A stretch of 47,251 nt of DNA, taken from IMG/VR virus record IMGVR_UViG_3300038530_003382, positions 1 through 47,251 of that record, one strand, 5' to 3'. The notes under the pieces were generated by a model, which was not told the origin of the DNA, ran no database searches, and saw only the letters and a list, made by a program, of their open reading frames with translations. Of the stretch, positions 1 through 7,506 are shown piece after piece. Each line of letters opens with the position of its first letter. The first letter of the stretch is position 1. A program made the position numbers and the translations under genes. The stretch is from a virus (lineage: Duplodnaviria; Caudoviricetes).

Positions 1-1005
1 CTCTTGACCAATTCCGCGTAGTTCTTCATAAATAGATTCTAATTCATGTCTTTTCTCAGAATTTTTACGAACTGTCGAACTTTTTAACAAATCACCATAA
101 TCAACGATGATCATATCGATTTCCATTTCTGTTTGTCTAATCTTCTCTAAGTGATTCTTAAGAGTGACTGGTGATACAGATTTGGTTGGATACTCTTTTA
201 CGATCAATTGCCCATCTATCTCTTTAATCTCATCATAAACTGCTTCTTTTTGATTTATAAGATCATCAAGTTGGAAACCAGTAAGACAGGCATCGTATCG
301 TTGCGCAACGGCTGTGTCTGCCAATTCTAATGTAAAATGGACAACATTTTTACCTTGCTTTAGGGCTTGTGCTCCTAGATGAACAAGAACATGAGACTTT
401 CCAGCGCCTGTTGGCGCAACCACAACCACAAGCTCTCCTTGGCCTAAGCCACCTTTAGTAATATTATCTATCTTTTTCCAACCGGTTGATACTGGATTAC
501 GGGCCCTCTCAACAAATCTTGCTTCAAAATCTTTAATATAATCATAACCATGATCATTGCTTATACCTAAACGCAATGCATCGGATATTAATTTTTCTAT
601 TTCCTCAAACGAACATTTGTCCAGAAGCGGAACCGATTTCATCATGGCCTTTTTAAGCACCTGCTTTCTACAAAAGTCTACACTTTTGGAAACAATATAA
701 TCTCTATCTTGCACGTCCGGAAACGCCTGAAGCTTCACAAAATAATCCATAACTTGTTTTTGGATTACTTCATTCTCATCTCTTAACTCCGTGTTGAAAA
801 CAGAATTAAGAATATCATTTGTGGGATGAATACCATATTGTTTTTTGTAGCCGAAAAGCTTGTCTGTAAAAACCTGAAGATATTTTAGCTCTAGGTATTT
901 TACATCTAACACTTCTTGCATTTGGTCACAATATGACCGGTCGTAAAGCATAAGCTTACACATATTTTCTTGGAAACTCTTTCCAAAAATTCCTAAACTG
1001 TCCAT
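1..1005 (-). CDS. dnaB: DnaB/T4 gp41-like replicative helicase (3' end outside window; absent from ORF track)
   Basis: Manual translation from ATG at 1005 (GAGG SD): MDSLGIFGKSFQENMCKLML..., Walker A VAPTGAGKS, Walker B MIIVDYGDLL, and EKRHELESIYEELRGIGQE at the window edge. Confidence 0.92.
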   Translation of the reverse strand, partial: MDSLGIFGKSFQENMCKLMLYDRSYCDQMQEVLDVKYLELKYLQVFTDKLFGYKKQYGIHPTNDILNSVFNTELRDENEVIQKQVMDYFVKLQAFPDVQDRDYIVSKSVDFCRKQVLKKAMMKSVPLLDKCSFEEIEKLISDALRLGISNDHGYDYIKDFEARFVERARNPVSTGWKKIDNITKGGLGQGELVVVVAPTGAGKSHVLVHLGAQALKQGKNVVHFTLELADTAVAQRYDACLTGFQLDDLINQKEAVYDEIKEIDGQLIVKEYPTKSVSPVTLKNHLEKIRQTEMEIDMIIVDYGDLLKSSTVRKNSEKRHELESIYEELRGIGQE

Positions 1006-1031
1006 TAATTCCTCGCTGACTTGTGGATATA

Positions 1032-1060
1032 AATATAACCTTTGTGGTTTAAAAAGTCAA
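1032..1060 (-). promoter_or_regulatory. sigma70-type promoter upstream of helicase
   Basis: TTGACT-N17-TATATT on the minus strand. Confidence 0.65.
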
Positions 1061-1110
1061 GTTGATTGTCAATTATTTTATAAGTGGTGAATGTTATAGG
1101 GTAAAAAAGT

Positions 1111-1272
1111 TTAGCGCCTGAGCAAACGTCTTTTCTTTTTCTTTTTTTTACCTTTTGTATTTTCTAAACTCTTCGAAATACTTGATGATTCATTAATATC
1201 TATTGGTTGAACAAAGGCGCTAGCGAGTAAAACATACAGCATCAAACCTAAACCGTATAAAAACTTACGCAC
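1111..1272 (-). CDS. 53-aa putative exported or membrane-anchored peptide with polybasic C-terminus (not in ORF track)
   Basis: GGAGG SD and GTG start; MRKFLYGLGLMLYVLLASAFVQP...KGKKKKKKRRLLRR*; own promoter upstream. Confidence 0.65.
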   Translation of the reverse strand: MRKFLYGLGLMLYVLLASAFVQPIDINESSSISKSLENTKGKKKKKKRRLLRR

Positions 1273-1301
1273 CACTGCCTCCTGTGTTATACACTAAATA
1301 T

Positions 1302-1330
1302 ATTTTAGCTTAGGCTAAAAGCAATGTCAA
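1302..1330 (-). promoter_or_regulatory. sigma70-type promoter
   Basis: TTGACA-N17-TAAAAT on the minus strand. Confidence 0.7.
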
Positions 1331-1337
1331 GGTCAAA

Positions 1338-1574
1338 TTATTTAAATATTTTTTCTTTTGATGTGAGAAACATTTTAGGCAGAAAAGATTTCTTTAAACT
1401 TAACAGCCTATCAAACCTTGCTCGCTCTCTAGAATTAATGTATTGGCCTGTTGGTTTTTTAATCTCGCCGTCGATCATTTGATCTCCGAAATCATAAAAT
1501 TTTGATTTTTTTGGTGGCGCAGCTGTTGCTGCAAAAGATAAGATTAATAAAGTGATAATAAATATTTTTTTCAA
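1338..1574 (-). CDS. secreted protein resembling myxobacterial gliding motility protein CglF/GltF
   Basis: Probable TTG start at 1574 (GGGAG SD). Signal peptide MKKIFIITLLILSFAATA, then YDFGDQMIDGEIKKPTGQYINSRERARFDRLLSLKKSFLP, which matches my recollection of the CglF pattern DF.D..I.GE..KP.G.Y...R....F..L......F.P. Confidence 0.6.
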   Translation of the reverse strand: MKKIFIITLLILSFAATAAPPKKSKFYDFGDQMIDGEIKKPTGQYINSRERARFDRLLSLKKSFLPKMFLTSKEKIFK

Positions 1575-1636
1575 TAGTATAACTCCCATAAAGGGTGCGG
1601 AAATGACCACACCCGTTATAGGTAATTATTTTTATT

Positions 1637-2008
1637 TTACTTTTTGAATAGATCTTTAACGTAATTAATCCAGTTCCACCATGGTCTATTATCTAAATAA
1701 CCAGAGTCTGTATCATTATCGTAAGCCTCTAATTCAAATGGATTACCATAATATGCTGCGCTCCAGCTTCCCTTTGTCACGCGGCCAATAACATAAAATA
1801 ATCCATACAATATCCACTGAAAAACAAAAAGCATTTCTAATTGTTGTAAAAAATGAATAGTCTCGTGAACTCTTACTTTTTCACTTAACTCTCCACGGCA
1901 AACAACAAATGGTCCAAAAGAAAAAGCCCACACATCAATTGGTGCAACCTTTGACAGCCAGACCGGTACTTCGCTATTTTCAATAAAAATTGGTTTTAGT
2001 TTTCTCAT
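1637..2008 (-). CDS. HExxH zincin-like hypothetical protein (DUF4157-like)
   Basis: VHETIHFLQQLE and YYGNPFELEAY motifs; probable start MRKLKPIF at 2008 (the ORF track extends to 2089 inside the upstream gene). Confidence 0.6.
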   Translation of the reverse strand: MRKLKPIFIENSEVPVWLSKVAPIDVWAFSFGPFVVCRGELSEKVRVHETIHFLQQLEMLFVFQWILYGLFYVIGRVTKGSWSAAYYGNPFELEAYDNDTDSGYLDNRPWWNWINYVKDLFKK

Positions 2009-2981
2009 TTGCTTGATTCCCTTTTTTATCCCTTTGGATTCTTGCAAAGCTTTCGAACATCGCATTCCAATTAATCTCATTAATGCCATCTTCTAACATC
2101 ATGGCATGTGTCTGAGTTTTATTAAAAGTATGTTCAAAGTTATCAACAACCCATTCGATACTTTGTTTAGTCTGTGTTGATAAACTAGGACTATACAATT
2201 GCATCAAGTTGTAATTAGACTGGATAAGTTGTTTATTCTCTTTGATAGAAATGAACGCTTTTGCGTTGCTTTCTTGATTTTCACAAAACTCTATCAAATT
2301 ATTAATATAAACATCTTCTTCCTTTTTAAAGAAAGGGAATCTTTTTGCAACAGTTTTTAGGCCGATGCCAGGGACTCCATCTAGGTTATCAGATTTGTCT
2401 CCGACAATCGCACGAGCAAGAGCAAAGTTGTTTGGATGAATACCATGCTCATCTATTATACTGTTTTGAGTTAATAGCTTTTTTTGAACTGGACGAAAAA
2501 GTATAGTCTTTTGATCAAGCAATTGATAAAAATCTTTATCGCTTGAAACTATAATTTTTTCGCTGTCTCGTAAACTACTGTGTCTGCACAAGTAAGATAT
2601 GATATCATCGGCCTCAACCTCATCTGCGATTAGCTGCATAACTGGAAAGTTATTTAGATATTCACAGATTCTTTCTTGCTGCCATATTTTATTTTCTTTC
2701 TCTTGCGCCTCCGTCAAAACTTTAAAATCACGATTAAGACGTATCGGTGCACGACCCTCTTTGTAATTTTTATTTTGTTGTTTACGTTTTCTACTTCCAC
2801 CGCGGCCGTCCCAACAAACAATAACCTGTGTTGGTTTCATTTCACGACAAAGCTTTTGAAGAGATTTAAGAAAGCCAGTTGTCCCACCAATGGGCTGGCC
2901 TTCTTTGGAAATCTGTGGGACTACAATGTAACTTCGCAGAAACATGTTTAGCCCATCTATAATTACTACTCTCTCGTTCAT
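1980..2981 (-). CDS. 5'-3' exonuclease/flap endonuclease (T4 RNase H or Pol I N-terminal domain family)
   Basis: IIDGLNMFLR, WDG, YKEGR, EADDII, SSDKDFYQL and helix-hairpin-helix GDKSDNLDGVPGIGLKT. Confidence 0.93.
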   Translation of the reverse strand: MNERVVIIDGLNMFLRSYIVVPQISKEGQPIGGTTGFLKSLQKLCREMKPTQVIVCWDGRGGSRKRKQQNKNYKEGRAPIRLNRDFKVLTEAQEKENKIWQQERICEYLNNFPVMQLIADEVEADDIISYLCRHSSLRDSEKIIVSSDKDFYQLLDQKTILFRPVQKKLLTQNSIIDEHGIHPNNFALARAIVGDKSDNLDGVPGIGLKTVAKRFPFFKKEEDVYINNLIEFCENQESNAKAFISIKENKQLIQSNYNLMQLYSPSLSTQTKQSIEWVVDNFEHTFNKTQTHAMMLEDGINEINWNAMFESFARIQRDKKGNQANEKTKTNFY

Positions 2982-2986
2982 TTTTC

Positions 2987-4099
2987 TTACGCAGTTTCCT
3001 CATAGAACTCAGTGGCATCACCAGTTCTTTTATCAAATTTACGGACAACTTCTTCATCCATTATTTCTAGTACGCGTGATTTAAACTTTTCATCCTCAAG
3101 TTTGTCTAGCCAACGTGCTGACTGAAACTTTTCGCTTGTACCATCAGTAAATTTAAGTTCATACCAGGCGCCTGCGCGGTCAAGGTGTTCTGAGCCTTGA
3201 ATAGCTTCAAACCAACTTTCCTCATCAGCAACACCAACACTGTCGCCCCAAAGTATTTGGAACTTGCATTGCCGGCCTTGCGAACCAAAGCGAGACTTTT
3301 CTAACTTAACTTTAACGGTATTACCAATGCGATAACCTTTATCATCAGTCACGAAAGACGCTTTTGCCTTTGGTCGGGTAAGCCAAACACGAAGTGAGTA
3401 AGCATAAATCATTGCTTTACCACCCGGTGTCATATAAGGTGTAGTCAACGCTTCAGATGGTGAGCGAGTAATATTTGCCTTTAGCTGATTCAACACAAGG
3501 AAGGTCGATTGACTATTCGCAATAGGAACAGTTAATTTTGACATACCCTTCGATAAAATCCTAGCTTTGACGGCCATTGTGGATTGTGGGTTAAAATCTC
3601 CCTCTACATCTGAAATAGAAGGCGTAAGAGCCAGACTATCCCAGATAAAAAGAAACTGACTATCAGTTGAAGAGAGTAGTTCCTCAATCGTCTCTAACAC
3701 AAACTCCACTGAAGTTGCTTGAACATAAAGAATCTTAGATGGATCACATCCGGCCTTTTCTAAAAAGCCAAAGTCTAATGAAGACTCTGAATCAAAGTAG
3801 ACAACATCTATCCCCATCTTCTGAGCGTTGCCTGCTATCTGCGCAGCCATGTAAGATTTACCGCTAGCCTCCAGACCAGCAATCTCTGTAACTTTACCCA
3901 CGGGTATTCCAGCTAGCTTACCACGACAGATAATACTATCAAGCCAACGAGAACCAGTTGGTATCCATTGTTTTACAGTCGTTGGATTGTTCGGATCTGC
4001 TAAATCAACAGAGACTTCTTGTCCTGCTTTTTTATTTATTAATTTTCTCATCTGGTCCATTGTTAAACGTCCAGCGGTTTTCTTTTTAGCCAATCTCAT
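2987..4099 (-). CDS. recA: RecA/UvsX-like recombinase
   Basis: IPTGSRWLD, Walker A GLEASGKS, FDSE, WDS, NQL and TPGGKA; the true start may be TTG at 4093. Confidence 0.93.
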   Translation of the reverse strand: MRLAKKKTAGRLTMDQMRKLINKKAGQEVSVDLADPNNPTTVKQWIPTGSRWLDSIICRGKLAGIPVGKVTEIAGLEASGKSYMAAQIAGNAQKMGIDVVYFDSESSLDFGFLEKAGCDPSKILYVQATSVEFVLETIEELLSSTDSQFLFIWDSLALTPSISDVEGDFNPQSTMAVKARILSKGMSKLTVPIANSQSTFLVLNQLKANITRSPSEALTTPYMTPGGKAMIYAYSLRVWLTRPKAKASFVTDDKGYRIGNTVKVKLEKSRFGSQGRQCKFQILWGDSVGVADEESWFEAIQGSEHLDRAGAWYELKFTDGTSEKFQSARWLDKLEDEKFKSRVLEIMDEEVVRKFDKRTGDATEFYEETA

Positions 4100-4421
4100 T
4101 TTCCTCCTCTCCTAAGTTTTCATTTAGTAATCTATCTGGTCTAAAAGCATATATGGGGCCTCTATAACCACTTTTATCTAGCTTGAGTGAAATGTTATCA
4201 CCATGATCTCTAATCTCTAAAATATATTCGCGAGATCGCTGAATAAGATTAGATACATCACTATTATCAGACCAAAACCAAGCATAACCCTCTCTTATGT
4301 CTTGCTTTGATGCATGCACAGAAGACTCGCTGGTAGGTCCACCTCCAAGGCCTTTATATCTATTTGCTATGTCCTGTAAGGCTTTTTCGAAACCTTCTTC
4401 TCCTTTTGTCCATTTTTTCAC
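4086..4421 (-). CDS. hypothetical protein
   Basis: 111-aa ORF with GGAG SD and GTG start, in operon context. Confidence 0.65.
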   Translation of the reverse strand: MKKWTKGEEGFEKALQDIANRYKGLGGGPTSESSVHASKQDIREGYAWFWSDNSDVSNLIQRSREYILEIRDHGDNISLKLDKSGYRGPIYAFRPDRLLNENLGEEENEIG

Positions 4422-4430
4422 GGTTATCTC

Positions 4431-4718
4431 CTAAAAAACATATGTTGTTTGTGTTTTTTCTTTATCTGTGTTCTTATTTATTAAGCCAAACCTGTCCTCC
4501 ATGCTTTCATAATCATCATATAGATCATCAGGTGTTGCTTTGATCTCCATTTTTATTTTTTTAAACTTTGTTTTTTTACCCATTATGTCGTATTTAAAGT
4601 GACTTAAGAAGCCGCCATAAACTCTAACTCGGCCGCACTTACATTCTCTTAAATCTTCTGACGCTCTTGAATATACGGTTGTATTACACTCTTCACAATG
4701 AATCGCTCTTACTAGCAA
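4431..4718 (-). CDS. small zinc-ribbon protein
   Basis: CEEC...CKCG..V.GG motif. Confidence 0.7.
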   Translation of the reverse strand: MLVRAIHCEECNTTVYSRASEDLRECKCGRVRVYGGFLSHFKYDIMGKKTKFKKIKMEIKATPDDLYDDYESMEDRFGLINKNTDKEKTQTTYVF

Positions 4719-4740
4719 TTTTATCCCTTCCTTTCATAAT

Positions 4741-4770
4741 AAAATAAAAAGGGACACCCGAAGGTGTCCC
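4741..4770 (-). terminator. Rho-independent terminator with UUCG tetraloop
   Basis: GGGACACC-TTCG-GGTGTCCC-TTTTTATTTT immediately after the stop of the ParB-like gene. Confidence 0.9.
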
Positions 4771-4776
4771 AATAAA

Positions 4777-5703
4777 TTAATCTTCTAACATTTTAGTTAA
4801 AGGCTTTAAATTAATTGTTTTTTGTTTCCACTGGAGGCTACACCCACCACGAGATTGTAAATCAACTTTGCGAAAATGCATCATCATACCCTTTGCAATT
4901 GATTCACCATGTCTATGATGTACACGGCCACCTTCGGACTTATACTTATAAGCAATATTGCTTTGGTTTTCTGGCCCGACTATTCTATCTAAAAATAATT
5001 CAAAGTCAGTTTGTATCTTGCTTCCATTGCTTAAGTCTGGATACAAAGAATAACAAATAGTAAGTGCCTCTAATAGTTCGCCATTAATCTTTTTCAGATT
5101 AGTTGGCCACGCGATTTGCGCTGCTGCCCTAGCGCGTGATACGTTAACACCAAAGGTGCCGCCATGCTTCATTGCATTTCGAAACGCCCCAACTGTTACA
5201 TTAGGAGAGTTTAGTGCGCCCACAGTTCCTAGTGGTCCAGGTGCGCCATAAACACTTAGTCCAGCGTTCTTAAGGTTTCTCGCTGTAGTTACAGCGCTTG
5301 GAATACCTGCTAGAACTTCATGAACAAAAACCTCTTCTTTGTTTGCTGTTTTACGATTCTTGGCATTAATCTCCACGAACAATAGGTGGTACTCTTGATC
5401 GTTCACAACATTAATAATAAAACAAGGCATCATAGGCTTGAAAGGAAACGTTTTTTCCCACATTGCTCTTCGGTGATCACCATCCAAAAGGTATTGCTTT
5501 CCATCAGGATATTGTGCGACGACTGGAGGAACAAACTTCTTAAAATCAAATCCATCCTTAAGATATTTTTTTATCGTGGATGCTTTTGTTTCACGATTGA
5601 CCAAGCTCTTGACATTAACTTTGACTTTTGATAATTTTCCCAATTGACCTAGAACCGGGATTGGTTGAGATAATTTTAAATTACCAATAATCTGATTGCT
5701 CAT
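4777..5703 (-). CDS. ParB/Srx-like N-terminal domain protein (DGQHR-type) with uncharacterised C-terminal domain
   Basis: PPVVAQYPDGKQYLLDGDHRR followed by PCFII...LFVEIN..RK; AAGGAG SD. Confidence 0.7.
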   Translation of the reverse strand: MSNQIIGNLKLSQPIPVLGQLGKLSKVKVNVKSLVNRETKASTIKKYLKDGFDFKKFVPPVVAQYPDGKQYLLDGDHRRAMWEKTFPFKPMMPCFIINVVNDQEYHLLFVEINAKNRKTANKEEVFVHEVLAGIPSAVTTARNLKNAGLSVYGAPGPLGTVGALNSPNVTVGAFRNAMKHGGTFGVNVSRARAAAQIAWPTNLKKINGELLEALTICYSLYPDLSNGSKIQTDFELFLDRIVGPENQSNIAYKYKSEGGRVHHRHGESIAKGMMMHFRKVDLQSRGGCSLQWKQKTINLKPLTKMLED

Positions 5704-5800
5704 AATACTTCTCCTTTCTCATGAGACATACTAAGGTTTCGAAGGCGTTAGCGCTTACACAAGGTACCTTATCACCTTTTGAATCAAATGATTCTTTTAT

Positions 5801-5829
5801 ATTATAACAAATGTTGAGGCCACTGTCAA
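5801..5829 (-). promoter_or_regulatory. perfect consensus sigma70 promoter for the ParB-like gene
   Basis: TTGACA-N17-TATAAT on the minus strand. Confidence 0.85.
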
Positions 5830-5861
5830 CCCTGGCCTCCCTGCGGTTGAAAAAAAAACGA

Positions 5862-6611
5862 TTAGCTACCTAGCAATTCAGAGAATGCCTTATCGACATC
5901 CGAAACCGTTCCAGCAGAGGTAGCGGCCGCTGGTTGGTTAGAAACCGATTCATCAACAGTGTTGAGGAAGCGATCAAGAATATCCGCTACTTGCGTAGAG
6001 GAGCGACGAGCATCCGAAAATACCTCATCAAAATCAGGAACGGACTCCATAAGAGCGCGAGCCTGTGTTTCATCTTCATGAAGAAGAGATGAACGGCGGC
6101 GTGGCGTGATCTTGGTTTCAGGATAAGATGCACCCGCTGGCTTTGAGTAAGTGATAACCAAATCAGTGCCTTCAGACGGATCTGTAATATCACCATATTC
6201 TGGGTTAAGAACAAGGCCAAGTAGAGTTTCGTAAGCACGCTTGCCGAATCCCCAAACCTTTACACCTTCTTCTTCTTGTCCTCGAATAAGGACCGGAGCA
6301 AAGAAACGCTGCTTCGCACCTAGCTTACGTGCAACACGCTTTGACTCTTCAGAGCCTTCACGCCATAGGGCACGTACATAGTCATCGAGTGGGCAATCCT
6401 CACCAAAGTTACGCTTTGGCGAAAGAAATCCAGGCTCACCCGCTACGTCATAATGAAACCAATAATCTCGGAAGGGATCGCCATCTGACGGAGCTACTAG
6501 ACGAATAGTTTGCTCACCCTCCTGTGGTTTCCAAAAGTTATTCTTTCGATTATTTCCGTTTCCTTGTAGCGCCTCCATACGAGCACGCATTTTCTCCATA
6601 TTAATTCCCAT
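5862..6611 (-). CDS. single-stranded DNA-binding protein, T4 gp32-like
   Basis: FWKP..G...IRL.P, FHY, CPL, VKVWGFGK and YGDITDP..GTD motifs; acidic/hydrophobic C-tail DVDKAFSELL. Confidence 0.85.
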   Translation of the reverse strand: MGINMEKMRARMEALQGNGNNRKNNFWKPQEGEQTIRLVAPSDGDPFRDYWFHYDVAGEPGFLSPKRNFGEDCPLDDYVRALWREGSEESKRVARKLGAKQRFFAPVLIRGQEEEGVKVWGFGKRAYETLLGLVLNPEYGDITDPSEGTDLVITYSKPAGASYPETKITPRRRSSLLHEDETQARALMESVPDFDEVFSDARRSSTQVADILDRFLNTVDESVSNQPAAATSAGTVSDVDKAFSELLGS

Positions 6612-6650
6612 AATAATTTTCTCCTTAGTTAAAGTCAGTGCGTTGATCTA

Positions 6651-7499
6651 TCACACTGCTAGTTGTTGTATTAAAGTGCTGCTTTTTTCGCAGTAAGCTA
6701 TAAGCTCATTATAATCAGTTGAATGAACTGAATAAGTAGTTTTCATTTTTTCATGTTCTACATTACATTTTAAATTTTTACGAATAACCTCCATTAAATT
6801 AGGATCTTCTTCCAATTGTTTTTTAGGAACTCCATAATAATAACACTTCTCTCTTGGGATGTCAAGCCCAAAAAACATTTTTTCTTGATTATTTTGTGAA
6901 TCTAATAATCCAAAAGTTGACACTCGCGCAGTAGAAATACGCTTTGTCTGCGTGGTTGTTACTGGTTGTGTGTTTTGAAATACATTTAACATGTGATACG
7001 TTGTAACAATTAAATTATTTATCGAGTCCCAAAATTTCATTATTGGTACAGGTCCCATTATATCAGATAATTTAGAATTGTCAACTAAAAAAACACGATC
7101 AAACAATCCTGATCGAGCATACTCTTGAAACACATTGAAAAGTAAGTTATTTTGTAGAAGTTTTTCACCCACTAGATCATCTCTTTGTGGAACAATATAC
7201 ATTACTCGTATTTTTGTTTTAGTGTGTATTTTCTGTAATATCTTTAAAGAAGCACCAGAGACAGCACCGCAACTTGTAATAAATAAAGTTTCAGGCATCA
7301 CCCCCTCTAGAAAGTTGTTTATACCTTTCGGCATATTGCTTTTTTCATAAAGCTCGGGGCCGTCTTGATGCTTAAGACCAAATGTTGTTTTAGTCTTTTT
7401 TAAACCTACATCTATTTTTTTTATTTCGTATTGTGGGTAGGCAGAGAGAGCATCAGCTATATTACAACCCGCTTTACCCAAACCTATGACGGTTTGCAT
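6651..7499 (-). CDS. divergent tubulin/FtsZ-family protein
   Basis: N-terminal VIGLGKAGCNIA, FLVDN and F..IN..I motifs; the GGGTGSG signature is replaced by SCGAVSGAS. Confidence 0.75.
   Translation of the reverse strand: MQTVIGLGKAGCNIADALSAYPQYEIKKIDVGLKKTKTTFGLKHQDGPELYEKSNMPKGINNFLEGVMPETLFITSCGAVSGASLKILQKIHTKTKIRVMYIVPQRDDLVGEKLLQNNLLFNVFQEYARSGLFDRVFLVDNSKLSDIMGPVPIMKFWDSINNLIVTTYHMLNVFQNTQPVTTTQTKRISTARVSTFGLLDSQNNQEKMFFGLDIPREKCYYYGVPKKQLEEDPNLMEVIRKNLKCNVEHEKMKTTYSVHSTDYNELIAYCEKSSTLIQQLAV
6837..6865 (-). promoter_or_regulatory. sigma70-type promoter inside the tubulin-like gene, likely driving ssb
   Basis: TTGACA-N17-TATTAT on the minus strand. Confidence 0.55.
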
Positions 7500-7506
7500 T
7501 TAATCC

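Noticed and set aside
5704-5795. Possible hammerhead ribozyme in the ParB-like leader (CGAAAC...GTC)
   Set aside because: No CUGANGA core and no adequate stem III.
5851-5859. U9 run next to the pseudoknot as a ribosomal frameshift site
   Set aside because: It lies after the ssb stop codon, so elongating ribosomes would not reach it.
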